From contig CAMTOJ010000004.1 of NCBI GenBank assembly GCA_947074145.1, forward strand, positions 20,177 through 84,176: a stretch of 64,000 nucleotides of DNA, in the 5' to 3' direction. The stretch comes from an uncultured Bacteroidales bacterium. Its GTDB lineage: Bacteria > Bacteroidota > Bacteroidia > Bacteroidales > JAUNSR01. Both the position numbers and the translations under genes were made by a program. The notes below the pieces were generated by a model. It had not been told where the DNA came from. It worked only from the letters and a program-made list of their open reading frames with translations, and did no database searches. Numbering within the stretch: the first letter of the stretch is position 1; the number at the start of each line of letters is the position of its first letter. This document shows positions 19,208 through 29,488 of the stretch, in pieces.

Positions 19208-19248
19208 TAAACAACGGGTTTTTACTCCTAAAATTAGTTCTGACACTT

Positions 19249-19289
19249 TATCTATGGCAGCCTTCCATAACTGCCATAGATATTTTTTT
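19249..19289 (+). terminator. hairpin with a T7 tail (candidate terminator of the plus-strand OmpA gene)
   Basis: TATCTATGGCAG / CTGCCATAGATA 12-bp stem followed by TTTTTTT. Confidence 0.55.
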
Positions 19290-19341
19290 ATTTAGAAAGT
19301 CAATGACTATCTAAAATAAAGGTTACTCTGATATTCAGAGT

Positions 19342-20133
19342 TTAATATTTTGATAGTTTTTCATAAGCGAACCAATAAAATCCGCCCACAAATATTGCAC
19401 CTCCTGCAATATTGCCTAATGTAGAAGGAATAAGATTCTTTACAAAGAAATCTATAACCGAAATATCGGCACCTTCCATCATTGCCATTGGAATAAAGAA
19501 CATATTTGCAATACAGTGCTCATAACCTATAGCAACGAAAGTCATTACAGGCCACCAGATACCGGCAATTTTACCCATAGTATCTTTTGCAGACATCCCC
19601 AACCACATTGCAAGACAAACAAGCCAATTAGCACCTACACCTTTGAAGAATGTTACAAAAAAAGGATTCGACATTTTTGACATTGCAAGCTTTTCAATAG
19701 CTGTATGCCAAGGATCATAATGAAAAATTCCTGGAATTGAAACAAGAAAATAAGCAAAAAACAAAGCTCCTATAAAGTTACCACTCCATACTAAGGTCCA
19801 GTTTCTTAAAGCTGTCTTCCAAGGTTGTCTTTTACTCATAACATTAGGAATGAAATAAGCACAATTTCCTGTAAACAGCTCACCTCCTGCCAAAACAACA
19901 AGAATCAAACCAATAGGAAAAGCCGCGCCCATAAGTAATTTAGGTAATGCCGGATTCTCTAACGAAAATTGAGGAAATCCATATCCTGCCAATACCGCTA
20001 TCAGCCCACCCATACCGATATATGATCCTGCCAGGAAAGCAAGAATTAAAATTTTCTTAATACTATAATTACCTTTTTCCATTGCTGCCTCTGAGGCATA
20101 ATTCACTATTTCCTTTGGGGATAATAATTTCAT
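19342..20133 (-). CDS. focA: formate/nitrite transporter family channel (FocA-like)
   Basis: 263 aa, FNT motifs GGELFTGN, GANWLVCLAMW, EHCIANMF. Confidence 0.85.
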   Translation of the reverse strand: MKLLSPKEIVNYASEAAMEKGNYSIKKILILAFLAGSYIGMGGLIAVLAGYGFPQFSLENPALPKLLMGAAFPIGLILVVLAGGELFTGNCAYFIPNVMSKRQPWKTALRNWTLVWSGNFIGALFFAYFLVSIPGIFHYDPWHTAIEKLAMSKMSNPFFVTFFKGVGANWLVCLAMWLGMSAKDTMGKIAGIWWPVMTFVAIGYEHCIANMFFIPMAMMEGADISVIDFFVKNLIPSTLGNIAGGAIFVGGFYWFAYEKLSKY

Positions 20134-20217
20134 AACTCTTCTAAAATATTTTTGATTAAGCGCCTAAAAACAAATAATCCGGCCATTTCCGGTATAAAAA
20201 AACATTTAAAGCGGGCG

Positions 20218-20225
20218 CAAAGATA
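20218..20225 (-). promoter_or_regulatory. -7 box TATCTTTG upstream of focA
   Basis: The reverse complement of caaagata, followed by GC-rich GCGCCCGC as at other promoters in this window. Confidence 0.5.
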
Positions 20226-20339
20226 GCAATCTTATGCTCTACAACATAAAGAATACAAAATTTATATTCTCTTTATGCATAAAAAAATTAATAACCAATA
20301 ATGAAATATCATTTAGAATTCTGTATGCATCTAATTTTG

Positions 20340-20347
20340 TATCTTTG
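20340..20347 (+). promoter_or_regulatory. -7 box TATCTTTG upstream of the ABC-F gene
   Basis: Matches TAnnTTTG, 36 nt before the start. Confidence 0.5.
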
Positions 20348-20382
20348 CGCTTTCAAAAAAATAAGAAACAAAATAATAATCT

Positions 20383-22023
20383 ATGATATCAGCAGACGCT
20401 TTAACGGTTGAATTCGGCGGAACAACATTATTCGAAAATATTTCGTTTGTAATCAACCCCAAAGACAGAATTGCTCTTATGGGAAAAAACGGAGCAGGAA
20501 AATCTACGCTTTTAAAAATCCTTGCAGGTGCACGACAACCATCAAAGGGAAAAGTTTCATATCCCAAAGACACGGTAATATCATATCTTCCTCAGCATTT
20601 GCTTACACAAGATGGAAGAACAGTGTTTGAAGAAGCCTCTCAAGCATTCTCCCATTTATTTAAAATGGAAGAAGAGATTAACAAAATCAATGAAGAGCTT
20701 GCTACAAGAACAGACTATGAGTCTGACTCATATATGCAATTAATCGAGAATGTTTCAACTCTAAGTGAGAAATTCTACACTATTGATATGACACATTTCG
20801 ACGAAGATGTTGAAAAAACACTCTTGGGTCTTGGTTTTAAAAGAGACGATTTCCACAAATCGACATCTGAGTTTTCAGGAGGATGGAGAATGAGAATCGA
20901 ACTTGCAAAAATGTTACTTCAAAACCCGGATGTCCTTTTACTTGATGAGCCTACCAATCATCTTGATATAGAATCTATCCAGTGGCTTGAAGATTTTCTT
21001 ATTGAAAGCGGAAAAGCTGTAGTCGTAATATCTCACGACCGCGCATTCGTTGACAATATCACAACAAGAACTATTGAAGTTACAATGGGTAGGATATATG
21101 ACTATAAAGTAAATTATTCAAAATATCTTGAGCTTAGAAAAGAAAGAAGAGAGCAACAACAAAAACAATATGAAGAGCAGCAGAAGATGATCCAGGAAAA
21201 TGTGGATTTTATCGAACGCTTTAAAGGAACATATTCAAAAACTCTTCAGGTACAGTCACGAGTTAAGATGCTTGAGAAACTTCAAATAATAGAGGTTGAT
21301 GAAGAAGACACTTCAGCATTACGACTTAAGTTCCCACCCTCACCTCGTTCGGGTAATTACCCTATTACTGCAGATAATGTCTCTAAAAATTATGGCGAGC
21401 ATACCGTATTTGCCAATGCAAATTTTATGGTGGAACGTGGGCAGAAAATTGCATTTGTCGGTAAAAATGGAGAGGGAAAATCGACTCTTGTCAAAGCGAT
21501 TATGAAAGAGATAGAACATGGAGGTGATCTAACACTTGGACACAATGTGCAAATAGGTTATTTTGCGCAAAACCAAGCCTCTTTACTTGATGAAGAGCTT
21601 ACTGTGTTTCAAACAATTGATGACGTTGCAAAAGGAGAAATAAGAAATAAAATAAAAGATCTTTTGGGTGCATTCATGTTTGGAGGTGAAGCATCTACAA
21701 AAAAAGTAAAAGTTCTTTCCGGTGGCGAACGTACACGTCTGGCCATGATAAAACTATTACTTGAACCAGTAAACCTTCTGATTCTCGATGAACCAACCAA
21801 TCATCTGGACTTAAAAACAAAGGATATTCTAAAATCTGCACTAAGAGATTTCGACGGTACTCTTATCTTAGTATCGCATGATAGAGATTTTCTTGACGGA
21901 TTAGTTGACAGAGTTTATGAATTCGGCAATAAGAAAGTGACACAACATCTTGAAGGAATCTATGAGTTCATGGCAAGAAAAAAGATGGAAAATCTTAGAG
22001 AACTCGAGAAAACAAAAAATTAA
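20383..22023 (+). CDS. ABC-F family ATPase (translation-factor type, no TM domain)
   Basis: 546 aa. Two Walker A motifs (GKNGAGKST, GKNGEGKST), two signatures (FSGGWRMR, LSGGERTR), charged inter-domain linker. Confidence 0.9.
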   Translation: MISADALTVEFGGTTLFENISFVINPKDRIALMGKNGAGKSTLLKILAGARQPSKGKVSYPKDTVISYLPQHLLTQDGRTVFEEASQAFSHLFKMEEEINKINEELATRTDYESDSYMQLIENVSTLSEKFYTIDMTHFDEDVEKTLLGLGFKRDDFHKSTSEFSGGWRMRIELAKMLLQNPDVLLLDEPTNHLDIESIQWLEDFLIESGKAVVVISHDRAFVDNITTRTIEVTMGRIYDYKVNYSKYLELRKERREQQQKQYEEQQKMIQENVDFIERFKGTYSKTLQVQSRVKMLEKLQIIEVDEEDTSALRLKFPPSPRSGNYPITADNVSKNYGEHTVFANANFMVERGQKIAFVGKNGEGKSTLVKAIMKEIEHGGDLTLGHNVQIGYFAQNQASLLDEELTVFQTIDDVAKGEIRNKIKDLLGAFMFGGEASTKKVKVLSGGERTRLAMIKLLLEPVNLLILDEPTNHLDLKTKDILKSALRDFDGTLILVSHDRDFLDGLVDRVYEFGNKKVTQHLEGIYEFMARKKMENLRELEKTKN

Positions 22024-22089
22024 TCCTATCTTAAAGGGTTAATAGACCAATTCAAACTAATAATTATATACTATTAAAATAATCCCAAA

Positions 22090-22923
22090 ATGATTAATAT
22101 AGGTAAATACAACGAAATGACAGTCCTTAAAATTCTTGATTTTGGGATTTATATGGATGGTGGTGACGGACTGGAAATCCTTATGCCTAAAAGATATGTA
22201 CCAGAGGGGACAGAGATTGACGACAAAATAAATTGTTTTGTCTATCTTGATTCCGAAGACAGACTTCTTGCCACTACCGAAACACCTGTTGCCACTGTCG
22301 GTGAATTTGCGCTTCTGAAAGTAAATTCTGTAAATAGAATCGGAGCATTCCTTGACTGGGGTGTATCTAAAGAGTTACTTGTTCCTTTCAGAGAGCAAAA
22401 GACCGAAATGATAGAGGGTCGCAGCTATCTGGTATATATTTATCTTGATGTAGTATCTGAAAGGATTGCCGCATCTGCTAAACTGAATAAATTTATAGAT
22501 AACGTACCTCCTCTTTACGAAAAAGGTCAAGAGGTAGATGTTATAATATATCAAGAAACAGATCTTGGCTTTAAAGTGATTGTAAACGGTACACATTCAG
22601 GAATGATTTACCATAATCAGATATTTACCTCTTTAAACATTGGTGATAAACTTAAAGCCTATGTAAAAGAGGTAAGATCAGACGAGAAGATTGATCTTTC
22701 TCTTCAGCCATTTGGATATGAAAATGTTGTAAAAAATCTGGAATCTTTCATTCTTTCCGAATTAGAAAAAAATAATGGATTCCTCGGTTTTAACGATACA
22801 ACTGATCCAGAAATCATAAAACAAAGATTTCAATGCAGTAAGAAGAATTTCAAAAAGACATTAGGAGCTCTTTACAAACAAAAGAAAATAGAGATCCTGG
22901 ATAATGGAATTAAACTTTTGTAA
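22090..22923 (+). CDS. S1 RNA-binding domain protein, CvfB/YitL-like
   Basis: 277 aa. Repeated S1-like segments plus a C-terminal wHTH-like tail (KKNFKKTLGALYKQKKI). Confidence 0.7.
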   Translation: MINIGKYNEMTVLKILDFGIYMDGGDGLEILMPKRYVPEGTEIDDKINCFVYLDSEDRLLATTETPVATVGEFALLKVNSVNRIGAFLDWGVSKELLVPFREQKTEMIEGRSYLVYIYLDVVSERIAASAKLNKFIDNVPPLYEKGQEVDVIIYQETDLGFKVIVNGTHSGMIYHNQIFTSLNIGDKLKAYVKEVRSDEKIDLSLQPFGYENVVKNLESFILSELEKNNGFLGFNDTTDPEIIKQRFQCSKKNFKKTLGALYKQKKIEILDNGIKLL

Positions 22924-22965
22924 CAATGTATTATTGAAGAGAACTATCTATTCTAATATATAATT

Positions 22966-23005
22966 AAGGAGATTCATATTGACAAATATGAATCTCCTTT
23001 CTTTT
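22966..23005 (+). terminator. terminator after the S1/CvfB-like gene
   Basis: AAGGAGATTCATATT / AATATGAATCTCCTT 15-bp stem followed by TCTTTTT. Confidence 0.7.
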
Positions 23006-23060
23006 TATAATAAAAATTTATTTCGTCTTATAAAAGCAACTCTTTTACAGGCAAATCCGA

Positions 23061-23699
23061 CTATCTTTTTTTTGCTAAAGATGCAAAATCCGGTTTATAT
23101 TCATCTCCCTCACCTGCAAGACAATAAAAAATATTTCTTTCCATTTTATAACTATTGATCTTTTTCATTTTAGTCAGTTTATTCAAATCATTAACAGCTG
23201 TCTGATAATTCATCTTTATGGAATATTGATAATCATATCGAGTGAAAACCTCCCCTGCTGATAATGAATTCAGATATTTTTGAGAACGCTCCTCAAAATC
23301 AGACATCACAATAGCATCAGATCTTAGATGTTTGAATTTTGCCTTTTTACGTACATCCTTTAAAAACGAAGCAGAGGGTATAAATTGAATCGTTTTAATT
23401 TTTTCAGAGTTTGCTATTACATGACCGTTTTTGTCAAATTCAGCCATTAACTTGGGTTTAAAAACACCCAAATCATATAACGGAACATTTTCGCCCATAG
23501 CAAATCCCATTGAAATCACAAACTTGAATGCTTCAAGAACAGCTGCTATATCTGATTCATTCACACTACAGGCATCAGAAATCATTTGTTCTACTTTATC
23601 CATATCCATAGTTTCTACGGATTTATACATTATGTAATTATTCTCCTGACCTTGTTTGTCCTTAAATCTTGATTTGTAAATTTTGTAACGTATTGACAT
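23061..23699 (-). CDS. HU-like (HU-HIG type) putative DNA-binding protein
   Basis: 212 aa. N-terminal pattern (...DMDKVEQMISDACSVNESDIAAVLEAFKFVISMGFAMGENVPLYDLGVFKP) matches the Bacteroides histone-like HU-HIG layout as I remember it. Confidence 0.5.
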   Translation of the reverse strand: MSIRYKIYKSRFKDKQGQENNYIMYKSVETMDMDKVEQMISDACSVNESDIAAVLEAFKFVISMGFAMGENVPLYDLGVFKPKLMAEFDKNGHVIANSEKIKTIQFIPSASFLKDVRKKAKFKHLRSDAIVMSDFEERSQKYLNSLSAGEVFTRYDYQYSIKMNYQTAVNDLNKLTKMKKINSYKMERNIFYCLAGEGDEYKPDFASLAKKR

Positions 23700-23770
23700 A
23701 ATATTAAATTTTGGCTATTATAAGTATATTTTTATTAAATATAATCATTTTATTTTCTCTTCAATCAATT

Positions 23771-23858
23771 TATATCCTAAAGCTGTTTAGAATATATCCT
23801 ATACGCCTTTAGAATATAACCTAACCATTTATAGGATATAACCTAAGGGTGTTTAGGA
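23771..23858. repeat. four tandem 22-bp direct repeats, consensus TATAWCCTAWNNNNNTTTAGRA
   Basis: Units 23771-92, 23793-814, 23815-36 and 23837-58, read directly. Unit junctions form TTAGR-ATATAW-CCTAA palindrome-like sites. Confidence 0.85.
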
Positions 23859-24215
23859 TATAAAAGTGTAAAGAGAAAATACAATTCATCCTCAAAAGAG
23901 CAATTTAAAATGATAATTAGAGCTATAATGAATATAAGGGAACATAAAATATTGATAATATATTTAATCAAGAAATGCTAAAAAATATTACTCTGAAACA
24001 GTTCTGTTAGGAGAATATATGAAGTGAAGGAGTCTTTAAATAATTGATAAAAAAAAATTGAAAAAAAACATCAAATATAGAAATAAAGAAATTTTTCCGT
24101 AATTATAAGATTGACACATGATTAAGACATTATAATTGATGTTAAGTTTACTGTAAAGCTATTCAAATCAGGGTGTTGAAAGGTTTAGGGTGTTGTGTAG
24201 TTGATAAAATAAGAT

Positions 24216-24223
24216 TACTTTTG
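24216..24223 (+). promoter_or_regulatory. -7 box TACTTTTG upstream of pflB
   Basis: Matches TAnnTTTG, 27 nt before the start. Confidence 0.5.
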
Positions 24224-24249
24224 CGCCCACATTCACAAGACAATCATTT

Positions 24250-26475
24250 ATGGCTAATAGAAAAGATTTTAAATCAGGAAACTGGAACGAAAAAATAGAT
24301 GTAAGAAACTTCGTTCAACTTAACCTAACTCCCTATGAAGGAGATGCATCATTTTTATGCGGAGCATCTGATCGTACTAAAAAAGTATGGGATGCTTGCG
24401 TACAAGCACTTAAAGAGGAACGTGACAACGGAGGTGTACGTTCAATAGACAATATTTTAGTATCTACAATCACTTCTCACAAAGCAGGTTATATCGATCA
24501 GGAAAACGAATCAGTAGTTGGTCTTCAAACTGACGCTGTTCTTCGTCGTTCTATGAAACCTCTTGGTGGTGTTAAAGTTGTAGAGAAAGCACTTGCAGAA
24601 AACGGTCTTGAAATGGAATCTCATACAAGAGATATCTTCAACTACCGCAAAACTCACAATGACGGAGTATTTGATGTTTATACTGACGAAATCAGAACTT
24701 ACCGTTCATTAGGATTCCTTACTGGTCTTCCTGATAACTACGCACGTGGTCGTGTAATTGGTGACTATCGTCGTATGGCTCTTTACGGAACTACTCGTCT
24801 TATCGAAGCAAAGAAAGCTGACCTTGCAGCTATTTCAGGACCAATGAATGAAGACACTATCCGTCTTCGTGAAGAAGTTTCTGAACAAATTAAAGCATTG
24901 AAAGAGATCACTATTATGGGGTCTTACTATGGTTTCGACCTTAGTCGTCCTGCTGAAACAGCACAAGAAGCTGTACAATGGGTATACCTTGCTTATCTTG
25001 CAGCTATCAAAGAGCAAGACGGAGCAGCTATGTCATTCGGTAACACATCATCTTTCCTTGATATATATATAGAACGTGATCTTCAAGCTGGTCTTATCAC
25101 AGAAGAGTTCGCACAGGAACTTATCGACCAACTTGTAATCAAACTACGTATGGTTCGCCACCTACGTATGTCTTCATATAACGATATCTTCGCAGGAGAC
25201 CCAACATGGGTAACAGAATCTATCGGTGGAACAATGAACGACGGAAGAACAAAAGTTACAAAAACTTCTTTCCGTTTCCTTCAGACTCTTTATAATCTTG
25301 GAGCATCACCTGAACCAAATATGACAGTTCTTTGGTCAAAAGATCTTCCTCTTGGATTCAAAAACTTCTGTGCACAGGTATCTATCGATACATCTTCAGT
25401 ACAGTATGAAAATGATGACCTTATGCGTACTACACGTCACTCTGACGACTACGGAATCGCATGTTGTGTATCATTCCAGGAGATCGGTAAACATATTCAG
25501 TTCTTCGGTGCACGTTGTAATCTTGCTAAAGCCCTTCTTCTTGCTATCAATGCCGGACGTTGTGAGAACACAGGAAAACTTGTAGTAAAAGGTATCCCTG
25601 CTCTTAAATCTGACGTTCTTGATTATGAAGAAGTAATGACAAACTACCGTATCGTGATGAAAGAGATGGCTCGTGTTTACAACGACTCAATGAACATCAT
25701 ACATTATATGCACGATAAATATTACTACGAACGTGCTCAAATGGCTCTTGTAGATACAAATCCTCATATCAATTTGGCTTACGGTGTTGCAGGTCTTTCA
25801 ATCACTGCCGATTCACTTTCTGCAATAAAATATTCTACAGTAAAATGTAAACGTAATGAAGATGGTCTTTCTACAGGTTTCGATATCGAAGGAGATTATC
25901 CATGCTACGGTAATGATGACGACAGAGCTGACTCTATCGCTGTTGAAGTAACAAACTTCATGAACGCAGAGCTTAAAAAACTTCCAATCTACAAAAATGC
26001 GGAAGCTACTCTTTCAGTTCTTACTATCACTTCAAACGTGATGTACGGAAAGAAAACAGGAGCTACTCCTGACGGACGTGAAAAAGGCGTTGCTTTTGCC
26101 CCGGGTGCCAATCCAATGCACGGACGTGACAAAAACGGTGCTATCGCATCTCTTTCTTCTGTTTCTAAGATCAACTATACTTCTGCACTTGACGGTGTAA
26201 GTAACACATTCTCTATCGTTCCTCGTTCATTAGGACATAACGATGAAGAGCGTTGCGAAAACCTTATCTGTATGATGGATGGTTATTTCTCTAAAAATGC
26301 ACATCACTTAAATGTGAACGTTCTTAACAGAGAGATGCTTAAAGATGCAATGGAACATCCTGAAAATTATCCTCAGTTGACTATTCGTGTTTCTGGTTAT
26401 GCAGTTAACTTCGTAAGACTAAGCCGCGAACATCAACTTGAAGTTCTTTCAAGAAGTTTCTTTGAAAGAATGTAA
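24250..26475 (+). CDS. pflB: pyruvate formate-lyase (formate C-acetyltransferase)
   Basis: 741 aa. Catalytic IACCVSF cysteines, glycyl-radical motif RVSGYAVNF. Confidence 0.95.
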   Translation: MANRKDFKSGNWNEKIDVRNFVQLNLTPYEGDASFLCGASDRTKKVWDACVQALKEERDNGGVRSIDNILVSTITSHKAGYIDQENESVVGLQTDAVLRRSMKPLGGVKVVEKALAENGLEMESHTRDIFNYRKTHNDGVFDVYTDEIRTYRSLGFLTGLPDNYARGRVIGDYRRMALYGTTRLIEAKKADLAAISGPMNEDTIRLREEVSEQIKALKEITIMGSYYGFDLSRPAETAQEAVQWVYLAYLAAIKEQDGAAMSFGNTSSFLDIYIERDLQAGLITEEFAQELIDQLVIKLRMVRHLRMSSYNDIFAGDPTWVTESIGGTMNDGRTKVTKTSFRFLQTLYNLGASPEPNMTVLWSKDLPLGFKNFCAQVSIDTSSVQYENDDLMRTTRHSDDYGIACCVSFQEIGKHIQFFGARCNLAKALLLAINAGRCENTGKLVVKGIPALKSDVLDYEEVMTNYRIVMKEMARVYNDSMNIIHYMHDKYYYERAQMALVDTNPHINLAYGVAGLSITADSLSAIKYSTVKCKRNEDGLSTGFDIEGDYPCYGNDDDRADSIAVEVTNFMNAELKKLPIYKNAEATLSVLTITSNVMYGKKTGATPDGREKGVAFAPGANPMHGRDKNGAIASLSSVSKINYTSALDGVSNTFSIVPRSLGHNDEERCENLICMMDGYFSKNAHHLNVNVLNREMLKDAMEHPENYPQLTIRVSGYAVNFVRLSREHQLEVLSRSFFERM

Positions 26476-26515
26476 TAATAATCAATTATTATTATCTTTA
26501 TAATATACTTAAAAT

Positions 26516-26552
26516 CAGGCGTAACCGATATGTAAGTTACGCCTGTTTTTTT
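26516..26552 (+). terminator. terminator between pflB and pflA
   Basis: CAGGCGTAAC / GTTACGCCTG GC-rich stem followed by T7. Confidence 0.75.
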
Positions 26553-26565
26553 AAACCCTAAGACT

Positions 26566-27291
26566 ATGTTAAGAGTTCATTCCTATGAATCTATGGGTAC
26601 GCATGACGGCCCTGGTTTAAGATTAGTAGTTTTTGTACAGGGATGCAGATTCAATTGTCTTTATTGCGCCAATCCGGATACAATCTCGACCATGGGCGGT
26701 AAAGAGACCTCTATTGAAGAGATTGTGAATATGGCCAAAAGTCAAAAAGCTTTCTTTGGAACAAAAGGAGGTGTAACAGTTTCAGGAGGCGAGCCTACCC
26801 TACAGGCAGCAGAGCTGGCAAAACTTTTTAAAGCATTGAAAGAAGAGGGTATAAATACTTGCCTTGATACTAATGGAAATAATATGAATGATGAAGTGAG
26901 GGAACTTCTGGAATATACAGATACAGTATTACTTGATATCAAACATATGGATCCGGCACAGCATAAATATATTACTGGCAGAAGTAATGAGAATACATTT
27001 AAGTTTGCAAACTATCTAAAAGAGCATAATATCAAAACATGGTTAAGATATGTACTTGTTCCGGGATTAAGTGACCAAGAAGAGTCTTTACAATCACTTG
27101 GAGAGTATTTCAAAGATTATGAGAATATCGAGCGCTTAGAGATACTTCCCTATCACACTTTAGGCAAGCATAAATATGAGGTAATGAATAGAAAATATAT
27201 GCTTGAAGATGTTCCGAGCAATACAGAGGAACAACTTGAGAAAGCATTTAACATTCTCAATCCTTATTTCAAATATGTACAAGTAAATTAG
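26566..27291 (+). CDS. pflA: pyruvate formate-lyase activating enzyme (radical SAM)
   Basis: 241 aa, GCRFNCLYCANPD cluster motif. Confidence 0.9.
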   Translation: MLRVHSYESMGTHDGPGLRLVVFVQGCRFNCLYCANPDTISTMGGKETSIEEIVNMAKSQKAFFGTKGGVTVSGGEPTLQAAELAKLFKALKEEGINTCLDTNGNNMNDEVRELLEYTDTVLLDIKHMDPAQHKYITGRSNENTFKFANYLKEHNIKTWLRYVLVPGLSDQEESLQSLGEYFKDYENIERLEILPYHTLGKHKYEVMNRKYMLEDVPSNTEEQLEKAFNILNPYFKYVQVN

Positions 27292-27310
27292 TGAATATAC
27301 AAGTTAAGAA

Positions 27311-27340
27311 AAAGGCTGTTCTATATATAGAACAGCCTTT
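27311..27340. terminator. bidirectional terminator between pflA and the OmpA lipoprotein gene
   Basis: AAAGGCTGTTCTATA / TATAGAACAGCCTTT perfect palindrome with A and T flanks. Confidence 0.7.
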
Positions 27341-27364
27341 CTTTATTTTTTATAAGCGTTAATT

Positions 27365-28054
27365 TTACAGATTTCCTGCTTCTGCTTTTCTAATCATCTC
27401 CTGATTAGCATAGATATAAACTTCCACTCGTCTGTTTTCTGCACGACCTGCTTCTGTATTATTAGAAGCAACCGGAAAATCATATGCCAAACCTTCTGTA
27501 GAAAGTCTTGAACCTGCAATCTGAAGAGAGTTCAAATAATTCGATACCGCATTAGCTCTTTGTTTTGATAAGTTTTCGTTAACCTGACGAGAACCTGTGT
27601 TATCGGTATGTCCCTGGATTACAAAATCAGTATCAGGAAGATCTCTCATTTTTGAAGCAAAATCTCTTAATGCTGTTTTTGAATTATCACTTAGAGTAGA
27701 GCTACCTGTTTTGAATAAGATACCACTGTCAAAAGTCACTTTAAGAGCCTGAAGATTGTTTGCATCAGTTACCATTTCAACTTTTGCAGCTTCTAAAGCA
27801 GCAAGTTCTGCTTTTTTCTTATCCATTTTTTTTCCAATCAAAGCACCAGCTCCTGTACCAACTGCAGCACCAACAGCTGCTCCGATTGCAGCACCTTTTC
27901 CATTCTTAGCAATTAATGCGCCTACTCCGGCACCTACAGCAGCACCTGAACCACCGCCGATCATCATACCTTTACTAGTATTAGATAGAGAACTACAGCC
28001 CGTAAATAACAAAGAACCGCAGATAACCATAACAAGAATATTAGTTTTTGTCAT
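27365..28054 (-). CDS. OmpA family lipoprotein with glycine-zipper region
   Basis: 229 aa. Lipobox-like LFTGC, Gly/Ala zipper (GGGSGAAVGAGVGALIA...), C-terminal IQGHTDNTGS...NRRVEVYI. Confidence 0.75.
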   Translation of the reverse strand: MTKTNILVMVICGSLLFTGCSSLSNTSKGMMIGGGSGAAVGAGVGALIAKNGKGAAIGAAVGAAVGTGAGALIGKKMDKKKAELAALEAAKVEMVTDANNLQALKVTFDSGILFKTGSSTLSDNSKTALRDFASKMRDLPDTDFVIQGHTDNTGSRQVNENLSKQRANAVSNYLNSLQIAGSRLSTEGLAYDFPVASNNTEAGRAENRRVEVYIYANQEMIRKAEAGNL

Positions 28055-28086
28055 AATAAAAAATTAATTAATATAAATCGAGAGAA

Positions 28087-28094
28087 CAAAATTA
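28087..28094 (-). promoter_or_regulatory. -7 box TAATTTTG upstream of the OmpA-family lipoprotein gene
   Basis: The reverse complement of caaaatta, 33 nt upstream of the start. Confidence 0.4.
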
Positions 28095-28219
28095 CATTAT
28101 TTTGGCTATTGCAAGTAATAATTCTTAAAAAAATAAGTATTTTATAGCTGAAAAATGAATTTATTTTAAACCAAAAAGCTTTTTTTATTGTTATCTTCTA
28201 TACTACTAATTAGACATTT

Positions 28220-28666
28220 ATGATATTTTCAAAAGAGAATTTAGAGATTTTACATCCCATATGTGTGCACTTTCCAATAGCCCTGACTATCGTAGGGATG
28301 TTTCTTGGAACAATCTATGCAATAAAGAACAAGAACTTCCTGATGAACAATACAGTTCGTATTATCATATGTTTGGCATCTCTTGGAGCTTATGCATCTC
28401 TTATATCAAGTAATTTTACATTAAATCTTACCGGAGAGGCAAATGATATAGAAAACATTCATCATGTGTATGCTCTATGGAGTACTATATCTCTTTCAGT
28501 AACATCTTTATTATATATTGTATTCTGGTTTGTTAAGAAACCGATAGCGAATTGGCTTGGATTAATATCATATATATTTTTATGTCTGTCGACAATCTTT
28601 ATAGCCCTTACAGGTTATTATGGAGGATATATCGTATACAACATATTATTATCAAAATACATATAG
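28220..28666 (+). CDS. small integral membrane protein (4 predicted TM), function unknown
   Basis: 148 aa hydrophobic ORF ending 3 nt before pgl. No catalytic motif recognised. Confidence 0.45.
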   Translation: MIFSKENLEILHPICVHFPIALTIVGMFLGTIYAIKNKNFLMNNTVRIIICLASLGAYASLISSNFTLNLTGEANDIENIHHVYALWSTISLSVTSLLYIVFWFVKKPIANWLGLISYIFLCLSTIFIALTGYYGGYIVYNILLSKYI

Positions 28667-28669
28667 GGA

Positions 28670-29389
28670 ATGAATATAGTAGTTTGTAAAGATCAAATCG
28701 AAACATTTAAAAATGTCTCAGTACACTTACACGAGTCAATAAAGAATATAGAGGAACGAAAAATTTATATTGCTATATCTGGAGGAAACACTCCTCAAGG
28801 ATTGTTTGATTATTGGGCTACTCAAACCACTGAAATTCCATGGAATAGAATAGTTATCTTTTGGGTAGATGAAAGATGTGTATCCCCCAATAGTGACCAA
28901 AGCAACTATTTCAATGCATTTGAACATTTCATAAAACCGTTAAAGATTGAAGATTCTCAGATTTTCAGAATTAAGGGCGAAATTGATCCGTCATTGGAAG
29001 CTCATCATTATTCAGATATAGTAGAGAATGAAGTTCCACTCTTCAACGGTGTTCCTCGTTTTGATTTTATTCTTCTTGGAATAGGAAACGACGGTCACAC
29101 AGCATCACTATTTCCTGAAGATATTCCTCGGCTGAATAATACTAATTCATTGTATATCGTAACAGAGAATCCTGAGAATCATGTAAAACGAATTACAATG
29201 ACTTTTGAACTGATAAACAACTGTTCTGATATAATGTTCGTAGTAATGGGAGAAGGGAAAAAAGGGATCCTGAAAAAAATATTTAATAGGAGAAAAAACA
29301 AAACAGGCGTTATTATACCTGCATCTGAAGTTAAACCAAAAGAAGGATTGGTAACTTACTACATTGATTTGGAAGCATCACCACTATAG
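28670..29389 (+). CDS. pgl: 6-phosphogluconolactonase
   Basis: 239 aa. IAISGGNTP, WVDERCV, GNDGHTASLFP motifs. Confidence 0.85.
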   Translation: MNIVVCKDQIETFKNVSVHLHESIKNIEERKIYIAISGGNTPQGLFDYWATQTTEIPWNRIVIFWVDERCVSPNSDQSNYFNAFEHFIKPLKIEDSQIFRIKGEIDPSLEAHHYSDIVENEVPLFNGVPRFDFILLGIGNDGHTASLFPEDIPRLNNTNSLYIVTENPENHVKRITMTFELINNCSDIMFVVMGEGKKGILKKIFNRRKNKTGVIIPASEVKPKEGLVTYYIDLEASPL

Positions 29390-29488
29390 TAATGAAGAGT
29401 TTATTAATAGTAACATCAAACTTTATTGTTTTACGCAAAAAAAAGTATATTTTTGCGAGCATTTCTAACAAACGATAAACAATTTTGA

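Noticed and set aside
20331-20573. 80-aa minus-strand ORF overlapping the ABC-F start.
   Set aside because: It overlaps the ABC-F Walker A region in antisense and contains the ABC-F promoter box. No support as a gene.
27756-28067. 103-aa Ala/Pro-rich plus-strand ORF.
   Set aside because: It is the antisense reading of the Gly/Ala zipper of the OmpA-family lipoprotein gene. This is a compositional artefact.
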